Assembly (NCBI RefSeq): GCF_000025925.1
Contig: NC_014033.1
Location: 3,420,001-3,452,000, forward strand
Length of the DNA stretch: 32,000 nucleotides
Direction: 5' to 3'
From: Xylanibacter ruminicola 23
GTDB taxonomy: Bacteria; Bacteroidota; Bacteroidia; Bacteroidales; Bacteroidaceae
Shown: in pieces, positions 7,000 to 15,688 of the stretch
Layout: the number at the start of each line of letters is the position of its first letter
Position numbering within the stretch: the stretch's first letter is position 1
Position numbers and translations under genes: made by a program
Notes under the pieces: model-generated
What the model saw: the letters and a program-made list of their open reading frames with translations, nothing else
Told to the model about the DNA's origin: nothing
Databases searched by the model: none

Positions 7000-7807
7000 A
7001 CAAATGGTAGCACAGCACACTATCGCAGGCGATAACGATAGGAAGAATGCACTCTACGAGGTAATGCAGCAGGTGGTGTTGAGTGGCCTTTATCGTGGTG
7101 GTTTCTTTAAGGAGGCGGCCTTCTATGGTGGTACGTGTCTCAGGATATTCCACGGATTGAGACGATATTCTGAGGATATGGATTTCTCTTTGCTGGCGAA
7201 GAATCCGAATTTTACGCTCGAAACCTATTTTCCAGCCATTATCGAAGAGGCAAGACTATTAGGACGGACAGTTACGATTACTAAGAAGGACAAGCGTACC
7301 TTTGGCAAGGTTGAATCTGCTTTTCTGAAGGATAATACTGATGTGTACAATCTGACGTTTCAGACCGAAAAGACATTGAAGATAAAGATCGAGGTAGATG
7401 TAAATCCGCCTCTTGAGTTTTCTACCGAGCAGAAACTGCTTATGCAGCCCTTCTCGTTTACTACACGTTGTTTTACGTTACCCGATTTGTATGCCGGTAA
7501 GATGCATGCTCTAACATTCCGGGCTTGGAAGAATCGCATAAAAGGACGCGATTGGTACGATTTCGAGTGGTATGTACGAAATCGCGTGGCGTTGGATTTT
7601 GAACATCTAAAGGTAAGGACAAAGGAATTTAATGATATCGACCTTACTAAGGAACTCTTCATGGAACTCCTAAAGGAACGTATTTCTAAAGCAGACATTG
7701 ATGCAGTAAAGACCGATGTTATCCCTTACATCATCGACAAGCGCGAACTCGACATCTGGAGCAACGATTACTTCCTGCAACTGGCCGATATGATTGTGTT
7801 TAAATAA
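6983..7807 (+). CDS. abiEii: nucleotidyltransferase AbiEii/AbiGii toxin family protein (DUF1814)
   Basis: 274 aa. The N-terminal region NALYEVMQQVVLSGLYRGGFFKEAAFYGGTCLRIFHGLRRYSEDMDFSL matches the AbiEii nucleotidyltransferase core (GG...R, S-x-D-x-D). Confidence 0.85.
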   Translation: MSDIFEQMVAQHTIAGDNDRKNALYEVMQQVVLSGLYRGGFFKEAAFYGGTCLRIFHGLRRYSEDMDFSLLAKNPNFTLETYFPAIIEEARLLGRTVTITKKDKRTFGKVESAFLKDNTDVYNLTFQTEKTLKIKIEVDVNPPLEFSTEQKLLMQPFSFTTRCFTLPDLYAGKMHALTFRAWKNRIKGRDWYDFEWYVRNRVALDFEHLKVRTKEFNDIDLTKELFMELLKERISKADIDAVKTDVIPYIIDKRELDIWSNDYFLQLADMIVFK

Positions 7808-7842
7808 AATAATCACGGGGGCCGCCCCGTGATTATTTTATT
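7806..7842 (+). terminator. intrinsic terminator after abiEii
   Basis: aaaataatcacgggg pairs with ccccgtgattatttt (15-bp stem, 4-nt loop), followed by a T-rich tail. Confidence 0.75.
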
Positions 7843-7874
7843 ATAAGAAATTTGGAAGTTATTAAAAAATTCTT

Positions 7875-7882
7875 TATATTTG
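7875..7882 (+). promoter_or_regulatory. -7 promoter box (TATATTTG) for the C11 lipoprotein gene
   Basis: TAnnTTTG match 46 nt upstream of the ATG at 7929. Confidence 0.5.
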
Positions 7883-7928
7883 CGGCGTGATACTAATAAC
7901 AACAAGTAAATATTAAAGTAATACCATT

Positions 7929-9728
7929 ATGAAAACAAACCTAAAACAATTGATGCTATTGGCATGTTTCATGCTGAGTTTTGTGGCGTGCACTAACGAT
8001 AGTGGTGATAACCCTGCGAAAGGAATCGACACCAGGATTGTGGGCAACTGGTTCTCGGATGTGTCGGGGATGACCTATGCCAAGTGGAACTATGGTAAGA
8101 CATGGCAGAACACCGAGTTTAAAGCCGACGGTACGGGCAGCACCCGTATCTACTACACCTTTGAGGATGATGTCATCGGTTGCGAGAAGATTGACTTTAC
8201 GTACACGGCATCGGCCAATGGTGTGTTGACGATGAACCCGAAGGATAGGGAGAAGATGTACGCTAACTGGCAGCTGGTGGGCGACGAGCTGACTCTTGGT
8301 GATGGCGATATCGACCTGAAATTTAAGAAAACCACTAGTGACATGGCTGCTAAGTTCGATACCTGGAGCAAGGACGATGAGATGATAGATGTGCCGCAAC
8401 CCGCCAAATACACCGTGTTTGTATATGGCAATGCGGGTGGCACCATGGATTTTATTATAGAACAGGGCTTATGGGAGAGACTGCAGCAGTACCTGACCGA
8501 CCACAACAACGTGCGCGTGGTGTGCATGTATAAATATGGTAAGGATCAGCCGGATCCAGATAAGGCCTTTACGGGCAAATATGCAGCGCCTGGCGATATC
8601 GTGTGGTTTGAGCTGACTGGCGAGACCGACCTGAACACAATTAAGGAACAAGGTATGCAGGCTTTCGGCATGGGCGAGAAAGCCAAGCAACTGAAGATTT
8701 GTGACCCTAACACCATGCGCATGTTCCTGGAGTTCAGCAGTCTGCTGTGCCCTGCCGAGGATTACGTAATGGGCATCTGGGGGCACGGATCGGGCTTTGA
8801 TGCCTTGTACGATGTGCCTGGTAAGTACGAAGTGCAGCAGGCTCGTGCTACCCGTGGTGTGATGGTAGACGAGTGGGTGGATAACGAGTGGATGGACATG
8901 TACGAGATGTACGATGCCATGCAGGCTGCGGGCATTGAGAAGTTTAACACGCTGATGTTCCACAACTGCTTTATGGGTAATATCGAAACGCTGACACAGG
9001 CACGCAGCTTTGCCGACTACATTTTTGCCTCAGCCCATATACTGAGTAGCGGCGGTGAGCTGATGACGGAATTTATTCGCGGCCTTATAGAAACAGGCGA
9101 TGCCGAGAAGGCTGGCAACCTGATGTTTGAACGCTGTACACCTGAATGGCAGAACAGTTATGTAGACGTAGCCAAGAATGTTTACGCCAACGGCGACTAC
9201 AAGATGATTCGCACCGATAAGTTCGAGCCTATCATCGATGCTGCCAAGCAGCTGTGCGACCGCATTCTGGCACTCTATCCCACACAGAAGGAGGCCATCG
9301 ACCGTGCTACCAAGAGCGTGTATCGCTTCGAGCCTATCGATGCGAATAAAAACGAGTTTATTTACCCATTCTTCGACATCGCTAACTATGCCCAGCTGTT
9401 GGCTAAGGAAACCGACGATGCCGAGCTGAAAGCTATATCGGCAGCGATGGATAAGGCCTTCGACGAGGCTTTTGTATGCTATCGCGATGTGAACAACAGT
9501 AAGGAGCATCTGGATCACTACACACTGAGCATCTGCCTGATGAGTAAACTCTTCTACACCTTCGACTACATGACGAATGTTCCGGAGTTAAAAGCCTTGA
9601 ACAACTACAATGAAGGCTACGAGAAGTGCGACTTCCACAAGCTGACGGGGTGGGGCAACTGGCTGAAAACCAACGAGCAGTTCTTGAACAGCAATCCACA
9701 GAAAGGTGGAGGCGGTAAATTAAAATAA
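7929..9728 (+). CDS. lipoprotein with N-terminal lipocalin-like domain and clostripain-like cysteine peptidase (C11) domain
   Basis: 599 aa. Lipoprotein signal MKTNLKQLMLLACFMLSFVAC. A GNW-containing N-terminal beta domain is followed by the C11 His/Cys dyad context GIWGHGSGF and LMFHNCFMGN. Confidence 0.7.
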   Translation: MKTNLKQLMLLACFMLSFVACTNDSGDNPAKGIDTRIVGNWFSDVSGMTYAKWNYGKTWQNTEFKADGTGSTRIYYTFEDDVIGCEKIDFTYTASANGVLTMNPKDREKMYANWQLVGDELTLGDGDIDLKFKKTTSDMAAKFDTWSKDDEMIDVPQPAKYTVFVYGNAGGTMDFIIEQGLWERLQQYLTDHNNVRVVCMYKYGKDQPDPDKAFTGKYAAPGDIVWFELTGETDLNTIKEQGMQAFGMGEKAKQLKICDPNTMRMFLEFSSLLCPAEDYVMGIWGHGSGFDALYDVPGKYEVQQARATRGVMVDEWVDNEWMDMYEMYDAMQAAGIEKFNTLMFHNCFMGNIETLTQARSFADYIFASAHILSSGGELMTEFIRGLIETGDAEKAGNLMFERCTPEWQNSYVDVAKNVYANGDYKMIRTDKFEPIIDAAKQLCDRILALYPTQKEAIDRATKSVYRFEPIDANKNEFIYPFFDIANYAQLLAKETDDAELKAISAAMDKAFDEAFVCYRDVNNSKEHLDHYTLSICLMSKLFYTFDYMTNVPELKALNNYNEGYEKCDFHKLTGWGNWLKTNEQFLNSNPQKGGGGKLK

Positions 9729-9770
9729 TAATAGTGGAACTGTCCATGCGTAATTTTGGCTAACTACATA

Positions 9771-9805
9771 GGGCTGATTCTTTTGGAATCGGCCTTATTT
9801 TTTTG
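9771..9805 (+). terminator. intrinsic terminator (T2), homologous to T1
   Basis: GGCTGATTC/GAATCGGCC stem followed by TTATTTTTTT. It shares AGGGCTGATTCTT and most other positions with 6223-6257. Confidence 0.7.
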
Positions 9806-9813
9806 TACCTTTG
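9806..9813 (+). promoter_or_regulatory. -7 promoter box (TACCTTTG) for the HU-like gene
   Basis: Exact TAnnTTTG match starting 1 nt after terminator T2. The leader is 92 nt. Confidence 0.55.
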
Positions 9814-9905
9814 CAACGTGTTCAGGAGAATCCTGAGCCTGACGAAAAGTCAGAGTGTTTAACGCAGTAGGGATGTAAATCCCGAGTAAAGAAAGGAGGA
9901 GCAAT

Positions 9906-10430
9906 ATGTCTGTATTTTACAGATTGTCGAAGGTGACATCACCTAAAGCCAAGGGCTATGGCAAGTGGTATCCACGAGCCGTGATTACCCAGACCGTGGA
10001 TACGGAGATGCTGGCCACCATCATGCAGCGTAACTGTACCTTGAAAAAGGCGGATATCGTGGCTGTGATCTCTGAGCTCATCGAGACGATGGCCGACCAG
10101 TTACAGGATTCTAAGCGTGTGAAGCTGAATGGCTTTGGATCGTTTAAGATCGGTATCCGTGGCGAGGGCGCTGACAGCGCTGCTGACTTCAGCATCAGCA
10201 AGAACATCAAGGGCTTGCACGTGCTGTTTCAGCCCGAGGTAAAGACCGATGGCAGTGGTCTGCGTCAGAAGACCTTCATCACTGGTTGTAGTGTGCAGGA
10301 GGCGCCAAAGAACGATGTCGACACCACTAAGCCCGCTAACAGCGGTAGCAATGGTGGTGGCAATGGTGGCAGCACCCAGCCAAGCAACGGTGGTAACGGC
10401 GGTGGCAGCCACGAGCCCATCGGGGATTAA
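9906..10430 (+). CDS. HU family (Bacteroidales HU_rel type) histone-like DNA-binding protein with Gly/Asn-rich tail
   Basis: 174 aa. The N-terminus YRLSKVTSPKAKGYGKWYPRAV and the core LKKADIVAVISELIETMADQLQDSKRVKLNGFGSFKIG are typical of the Bacteroidales HU-related family. The C-terminus is GSNGGGNGGSTQPSNGGNGGGS. A strong GGAGG lies 6 nt upstream of the ATG. Confidence 0.8.
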   Translation: MSVFYRLSKVTSPKAKGYGKWYPRAVITQTVDTEMLATIMQRNCTLKKADIVAVISELIETMADQLQDSKRVKLNGFGSFKIGIRGEGADSAADFSISKNIKGLHVLFQPEVKTDGSGLRQKTFITGCSVQEAPKNDVDTTKPANSGSNGGGNGGSTQPSNGGNGGGSHEPIGD

Positions 10431-10460
10431 GGTTTGGGGCTTCGGCCCCAGCCTTATTAA

Positions 10461-10484
10461 AATGTAAAAATGTAATAATGTAAA
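10461..10484 (+). repeat. three tandem AATGTAAW octamers (three ATG-TAA start-stop units)
   Basis: aatgtaaa aatgtaat aatgtaaa, with ATGTAA at 10462, 10470 and 10478. They sit immediately upstream of the Shine-Dalgarno-like AAGAAAGGAGGA at 10489-10500. Confidence 0.9.
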
Positions 10485-10503
10485 AATTAAGAAAGGAGGA
10501 ATT

Positions 10504-10605
10504 ATGATGAAGAACTGGAGGACGATTGCGAAGATCGTGGTGGCAGTAATCACCGCCTTGTTAGGCGCAGTAGGTGCAACTGCCGCAGGCGTTCAAATCG
10601 TGTGA
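10504..10605 (+). CDS. 33-aa single-pass membrane microprotein (resembles Bacteroidales peptides annotated as smalltalk protein; from memory)
   Basis: Not in the ORF track (under 60 aa). Sequence is ATGATGAAG...GTGTGA = MMKNWRTIAKIVVAVITALLGAVGATAAGVQIV. GAAAGGAGGA lies 3 nt upstream, a strong hairpin terminator follows, and it sits directly downstream of the HU_rel gene. Confidence 0.6.
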   Translation: MMKNWRTIAKIVVAVITALLGAVGATAAGVQIV

Positions 10606-10613
10606 AATGAAAG

Positions 10614-10650
10614 CGGTGCAACTCTCACGAGCTGCACCGTTTGCCCTTTT
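10614..10650. terminator. bidirectional terminator between convergent genes
   Basis: CGGTGCAACTC (10614-10624) pairs with GAGCTGCACCG (10629-10639), followed by a T-rich tail. The adjacent CCCTT/AAGGG hairpin serves the minus-strand fucosidase gene. Confidence 0.65.
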
Positions 10651-10678
10651 ATAAGGGTGAATTTAGTTGTTAGTAGGT

Positions 10679-12298
10679 TTATTTTGTTATACGGAGTACA
10701 GGAGCGATCTTGTTGCAGGGCTTGGGCAGGTTTACTACCAGTCCCTCGGCTGTTTGGCTGGCCTTGAGTTTGCCGTAGCCTAACAGATAAACGTTCGTAA
10801 TAGTTTTCTTGAAATCTTTATTGCCTTTGGCCAGCGACTTGATGACCAGACGTCCATCCTGAGGCCATCCCATAGCGGTGGCGTACAGGTATTTCTTGGT
10901 CTGGTTAAAGCGGATGTCGCGGTAGTCCATACCGTTGTACTGCCCCTCGTTAAAGCCCTGGGCATTGATGGCAATGGCCTTCTCGGCTACAGGACCCTCG
11001 CCGAACTTAACCCAAGGACGGGTACCAAAGATACTCTCGCCGTTAGGTGTCATCCAGGCTTCGAGCTCGTCGAGGAACTGCGAGGCCTTCTCGTCGTAGG
11101 TGCCATCGGCACGCAGGGGGATATTAAGCAGCAGGTTGCCATTCTTGGATACGATGTCGACCAGCTGTTTTACCATGTTCTCGGATGTGCGGTAACCGTG
11201 CTTGTAGGTGCTGGTGTTATAGTGCCAGTCGCCAATGCAGTTGCAGGTTTGCCAGGGCTCGGCGATAATCTGGTTGGGGGCACCACGCTCTACATCCCAG
11301 GTAAGAGCCTTCTTCTGCTCCTCGCTCAGTATCTTACCAAACACCACGCTACGTGGATTCTTGTTATACATGTGGGTGGCAATCTTCAGTCCACAGTCGC
11401 TGATGGGATAGAAGGGCAGCACCGTTACATCGAAGTAGATGAGGTCGGGATTGTAGCGGTTGATGGCATCGAGGGTGCGATCGTAGAAGTTGGTGACGAA
11501 CTCCTCGGATGGTGTGGCTGCGCCGTTCTCCCAGCCCCATTGGGCATGTATCTGACCGTTGTTCCACGAGCGGTCGCTCATGGGGTGGTTCTGGGCATAC
11601 AGCTTCTGGGGGTCGAGACCTTCCCACCACTTGCCTTTGCCATCGGCCTTAGTAAGCTTGCCATCGTAATATACGCCGGCTTTCGGACCGTTCTGATCGT
11701 AACGCTGTGCGGTTTCGTACCAGGTCCAGGCATGGTCGGCATGGAACGAGATACCCAGTGGCAGTCCGGCTTTCTTGGCAGCACGGGCCCAGCCTTCGAG
11801 GATATCCTTATGCGGACCGATGTTCTTGGAGTTCCACTCCTGATACTGCGAATCCCACAGGTCGAAGTTGTCGTGGTGATTGCCCAGTACAAAGAAGTAC
11901 TGAGCACCACAACGCTTGTAGCGCTGCACGAGCGCCTCGGGATCCCACTTCTCGGCCTTGAACAAGGGCAGGATGTCCTTGAAACCGAACTCGGAAGGAT
12001 GACCGTAGTGCTTTACATGGTGCTTGTACTGACTACTACCCTCGATATACATGCCACGAGCCATCCAGTCGCCAGAACCTTCGACACACTGAGGTCCCCA
12101 GTGGGCCCAGATGCCGAACTTGGCATTGCGGAACCATTCGGGTGTCTGGTGTGTCTCTAACGACTGCCAGGTGGGTTCGTACTTGCCCTGCTGCATCTTC
12201 TCATGTCTTTCAGATACGGGCACCTTGTAATCTTGTGCAAAGGCAGTCAGCGTTGCGCCGACTGCCATGAACGTAAATAGTAGTTCTCTTGTTGTCAT
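10679..12298 (-). CDS. alpha-L-fucosidase (GH29)
   Basis: 539 aa with a signal peptide. The motif KFGIWAHWGPQ and overall GH29-like layout fit, and it is last in an operon with fucI (29-nt gap). Confidence 0.8.
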   Translation of the reverse strand: MTTRELLFTFMAVGATLTAFAQDYKVPVSERHEKMQQGKYEPTWQSLETHQTPEWFRNAKFGIWAHWGPQCVEGSGDWMARGMYIEGSSQYKHHVKHYGHPSEFGFKDILPLFKAEKWDPEALVQRYKRCGAQYFFVLGNHHDNFDLWDSQYQEWNSKNIGPHKDILEGWARAAKKAGLPLGISFHADHAWTWYETAQRYDQNGPKAGVYYDGKLTKADGKGKWWEGLDPQKLYAQNHPMSDRSWNNGQIHAQWGWENGAATPSEEFVTNFYDRTLDAINRYNPDLIYFDVTVLPFYPISDCGLKIATHMYNKNPRSVVFGKILSEEQKKALTWDVERGAPNQIIAEPWQTCNCIGDWHYNTSTYKHGYRTSENMVKQLVDIVSKNGNLLLNIPLRADGTYDEKASQFLDELEAWMTPNGESIFGTRPWVKFGEGPVAEKAIAINAQGFNEGQYNGMDYRDIRFNQTKKYLYATAMGWPQDGRLVIKSLAKGNKDFKKTITNVYLLGYGKLKASQTAEGLVVNLPKPCNKIAPVLRITK

Positions 12299-12327
12299 TA
12301 ATTGTTAGTAAACGTAAGTATGAATTG

Positions 12328-14154
12328 TTATTTATATATCGGACCAAAATTCTTGCAGGCACGGTAGTCGGCGCCCTCCTTGTCCATGCCAAAGGCATTC
12401 CAGGCAGCAGGACGGAAGATGTCCTTGTCGGCTATGTTGTGCATGCATACAGGTATGCGCAGGATAGAGCAGAGTGTGAGCAGGTCGGCACCGATATGGC
12501 CGTAGGCGATGGCACCGTGGTTGGCACCCCAGCAGTTCATCACGCTGTACACATCCTTAAAGCAATCCTTGGTAGCGTCGAGTCGTGGCACAAACCAGGT
12601 GGTAGGCCAGGTGGGATCGGTACGCTTGTCGAGTATGTTGTGGGTTTCGGCATCCAGCTCTACAGTCCAGCCTTCGGCCAGCTGCAGCACAGGACCTAAG
12701 CCTTGTACCATGTTGATACGCATCATGGTCATGGGCATGCCGCCCTTGGTAACGAAGTGCGAGCTGTAGCCGCCACCACGGAAGTAGTCGCGATCGGCTG
12801 GCATCCAGCTGGTAGCCTTCAGGCAGGCCTCTACGTCGGCATCGGTCATATTCCAGAACTCCTTCATGGTGGGGTTTCCGTTAGCATCTGTCATGGCGCC
12901 TGTGGCATCGAGTGTGGTGGCACCGCTGTTGATAAGGTGGATGAATCCACCAGCAGCCAGTCCCTCAGGGCGATGGCCTGCCACACGCTCTACAGCCTCG
13001 GGGCTCCAGTAGGTGCGGATGTCGGAGAACATCACACCACGGTTGGTGAGCAGATGGCCGAACAGCATCGACATGCCGTTGAGGAAATCGTTCTCGGTGG
13101 CCAGCACATCGGCTTCGCGACGGCCGTTCCAGTCGAATGAGGTGCAGAGCATCGACTCGGGGAAGTCGAAGTTGGGCTTGTAATCGGTCCACTGGCGCTG
13201 GCCCTGTACACCGCCAAAGATGGCGTTGTGGCCCAGTGCCTCTTCCTTATAGCCCATCTCCAGCAGGCGTGGGTTGCCGTGCATCAGGTCGCGGATAATC
13301 ATCATGGTCTTAACGGTGAACTCCCAGTCGGCATCCTTTTCCTGGCGGTTCTTGCCCTTGCCTTTACCGTTGAAGGTGGTCATAGGTGTGCCGGGGAACA
13401 GGGGGCGGTCCTCGTTATAATCGTGGCCCTCCTGGGGCTTGCAGTATTTCTCTACCCACTGCATGGCCTTGTTGAACTCATCGGGATCGAAGATGCCGAA
13501 ATCAACACGGCGCAGAATCTCTACTAATGACACATACTCGGTGCGCATGCCCAGATACTGCTGCAGGAAATCGGCGTTAACGATACTGCCGGCAATACCC
13601 ATGCAGGTGTTACCTAATGAGAGGTAGCTCTTGCCCTTCATGGTGGCTACGGCCTGTGCGGCACGTGCAAAGCGCAGCAGTTTCTCGGCTACATCGGCGG
13701 GGATGGTGTTATCGTCGAGGTCCTGTACATCGTGTCCATAGATGCCAAAGGCAGGCAGTCCCTTCTGGGCGTGGGCGGCCAGTACGGCAGCCAGATACAC
13801 AGCGCCTGGACGCTCGGTGCCGTTAAAGCCCCAAACAGCCTTGGGGTAGTGGGGATTCATGTCCATGGTTTCGGAACCGTAGCACCAGCACGATGTAACG
13901 GTGATGGTGGCACCAACACCCTCGCGTTCGAACTTCTGGGCGCAGGCAGCACTCTCGGCCACACGACCGATGGTAGTGTCGGCAATCACGCACTCAACAG
14001 GCGAGCCGTCGCCATTACGCAAGTTTGAACTGATGAGCTGGGTTACAGCCTTTGCTAAAGCCATTGTTTTTTGTTCGAGGCTTTCGCGAACGCCCCCTTG
14101 ACGACCGTCGATGGTGGGGCGAATACCAATTTTAGGATAGTTATTCATGATCAT
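12328..14154 (-). CDS. fucI: L-fucose isomerase
   Basis: 608 aa. It is collinear with my recollection of E. coli FucI: [96 protein letters not shown]. Confidence 0.97.
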   Translation of the reverse strand: MIMNNYPKIGIRPTIDGRQGGVRESLEQKTMALAKAVTQLISSNLRNGDGSPVECVIADTTIGRVAESAACAQKFEREGVGATITVTSCWCYGSETMDMNPHYPKAVWGFNGTERPGAVYLAAVLAAHAQKGLPAFGIYGHDVQDLDDNTIPADVAEKLLRFARAAQAVATMKGKSYLSLGNTCMGIAGSIVNADFLQQYLGMRTEYVSLVEILRRVDFGIFDPDEFNKAMQWVEKYCKPQEGHDYNEDRPLFPGTPMTTFNGKGKGKNRQEKDADWEFTVKTMMIIRDLMHGNPRLLEMGYKEEALGHNAIFGGVQGQRQWTDYKPNFDFPESMLCTSFDWNGRREADVLATENDFLNGMSMLFGHLLTNRGVMFSDIRTYWSPEAVERVAGHRPEGLAAGGFIHLINSGATTLDATGAMTDANGNPTMKEFWNMTDADVEACLKATSWMPADRDYFRGGGYSSHFVTKGGMPMTMMRINMVQGLGPVLQLAEGWTVELDAETHNILDKRTDPTWPTTWFVPRLDATKDCFKDVYSVMNCWGANHGAIAYGHIGADLLTLCSILRIPVCMHNIADKDIFRPAAWNAFGMDKEGADYRACKNFGPIYK

Positions 14155-14536
14155 AAAGATAAAACATGCGGTCCATCATGCGCCACTTCTCGTCGGAAGT
14201 ACTGCCTGGCTTGCAGGCCTGGAACATGGCTACGTAATCCTCCCATTCGGCCTGGCGAGGCAGAGTGGCCAGTCGGGCCATGGCGCTGTCCCAATCAAAA
14301 TCCAGTGGGGTTTCTACAATCATGAACAAACGGTTATCCAGGATGTAGAGCTCCATCTCGAGGATGCCCACCTCACGGATACCTGCTAAGATTTCGGGCC
14401 AGGCATGCAGGCGGTCGTGCGCCTCCTTGTACTTGGCTATCAGCTCAGGATCGTTTTTAAGATCCATGGTTTGGCAATACCTTTTTACGGGCATGCTGTA
14501 AGTCTTGCATTTGTAACCTGAAATTTTCTCGTCCAT
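14141..14536 (-). CDS. L-rhamnose mutarotase family protein (RhaM/DUF718; probably an L-fucose mutarotase role)
   Basis: RhaM-like pattern: [47 protein letters not shown]...LFMIVE. I placed the start at MDEK (14536) because the longer ORF start (14593) lies upstream of the -7 box. It overlaps fucI by 14 nt. Confidence 0.8.
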   Translation of the reverse strand: MDEKISGYKCKTYSMPVKRYCQTMDLKNDPELIAKYKEAHDRLHAWPEILAGIREVGILEMELYILDNRLFMIVETPLDFDWDSAMARLATLPRQAEWEDYVAMFQACKPGSTSDEKWRMMDRMFYLYDHE

Positions 14537-14562
14537 TATCGTAGTTTTCTTTTTTGTCGGCG

Positions 14563-14570
14563 CAAAGTTA
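14563..14570 (-). promoter_or_regulatory. -7 promoter box (TAACTTTG) for the mutarotase-fucI-fucosidase operon
   Basis: The reverse complement of caaagtta matches TAnnTTTG, 26 nt upstream of the ATG at 14536. Confidence 0.55.
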
Positions 14571-14784
14571 AGGAATAATTTTAAATACACCAATCAACAA
14601 ACGCGTTTTTTTAGAGAAAATCGACGGCAGAATGGTAAAAAAGTTAATTTTATTTCAGATTTATAGCACTTTATCGATATTTTATAGTTAGTTTTCGAAT
14701 CGGCACTGAAAAAAACTTGAAATTTGTTGTATATTTAAAATAAATGTTGTTACTTTGTAAACGAAACACTATAAACACTTGGTT

Positions 14785-15648
14785 ATGAACTATCCTATAG
14801 ACAAGCTTCACTTACTGACCCTGAACGTAGGACTGGCCGACCATATGGCCGACTGGAACTGGAAAAATGTGCGCAGTCCGTTTGCGCGCTTGTATTACGT
14901 TACCGATGGTACGGCGCAGGTTGAGATGCCGTCGGGTGTTTACACGCTGATACCTAACCATCTGTATTTTATACCAGCCTATACCATGCATAGCTATATC
15001 TGCGATGCACCGTTCTCACATTATTATATACATATATACGAGGATATGCACAGCGATATGAGCATACTGGACCAATGGGACTATCCCGTGGAGGTAAAGG
15101 CGGCTCCAGGCGATCTGGAACTGGTAAGGCGACTGTGCTTTATCAACCCATTCCTGAAGCTGCAGCAGTCGGACCCTGAAGCGTACGACAACCACCAGAC
15201 GCTGATTAGTAACCTGGAACTTAATCAGCGCCGTCCGTTCTGCGATAAGGTAGAGAGTCGTGGTATCCTGTACATCCTGATGTCGCGATTCCTGAAGTAT
15301 GCCACGCCTAAGGCCGATGTGAAGGACGACCGTATACATCTGACGCTGGCCTATATACGCAAGCACATCGGCGAAAGGCTCGACATAGAACAGCTGGCCG
15401 AAAAGGCCTGCATGTCGAAGGATCATTTCATACGCGTGTTTAAGCACGAAACAGGCGAAACACCCAATGCCTTTATTACCAAGCGCAAGCTGGAGAAGGC
15501 CGAGCTGACACTGGTAACCACCAACATGGCCGTGAACCGTATAGCCGACGCGTTAGGCTACGACGACTACTCGTACTTTAACCGCATTTTCAAGAAAAAC
15601 TCGGGTATGACGCCCCAGCAATACCGTAAAAGTCATTTTAAACTGTAA
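14785..15648 (+). CDS. AraC family transcriptional regulator (cupin-like N-terminus, HTH C-terminus), divergent from the fucose operon
   Basis: C-terminal AraC HTH: LAEKACMSKDHFIRVFKHETGETPNAFITKRKLEKAELTL...IADALGYDDYSYFNRIFKKNSGMTPQQYRK. I chose the ATG at 14785 over the TTG at 14779. Confidence 0.9.
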   Translation: MNYPIDKLHLLTLNVGLADHMADWNWKNVRSPFARLYYVTDGTAQVEMPSGVYTLIPNHLYFIPAYTMHSYICDAPFSHYYIHIYEDMHSDMSILDQWDYPVEVKAAPGDLELVRRLCFINPFLKLQQSDPEAYDNHQTLISNLELNQRRPFCDKVESRGILYILMSRFLKYATPKADVKDDRIHLTLAYIRKHIGERLDIEQLAEKACMSKDHFIRVFKHETGETPNAFITKRKLEKAELTLVTTNMAVNRIADALGYDDYSYFNRIFKKNSGMTPQQYRKSHFKL

Positions 15649-15688
15649 ATCCATATAAATAGGGATTGTGAGGGCCGGCGGAATGTAG

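Larger units (their letters stand above)
2035..7850. mobile_element. integrase-less phage- or satellite-like replication and defence island (boundaries uncertain)
   Basis: AT-rich junctions at 2020-2870, 6140-6360 and 7810-7930. Cargo is an M15A peptidase, DUF4373-like protein, gp4-type primase-helicase, Zn-ribbon protein, phased repeats and AbiE. No integrase, tRNA or flanking direct repeats were found, so mobility is unproven. Confidence 0.3.

Noticed and set aside
14537-14593. Extended start codons used by the ORF track: 14593 mutarotase, 14779 AraC, 18477 GH3, 21855 gpx, 24921 cysK, 30606 flavodoxin-like
   Set aside because: Four of the N-terminal extensions (14593, 18477, 21855, 24921) run through or start upstream of TAnnTTTG -7 boxes, and the 30606 extension runs through the riboswitch; these add non-homologous residues. 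At 14779 the in-frame ATG at 14785 was simply preferred over the TTG. Internal ATGs give canonical N-termini.
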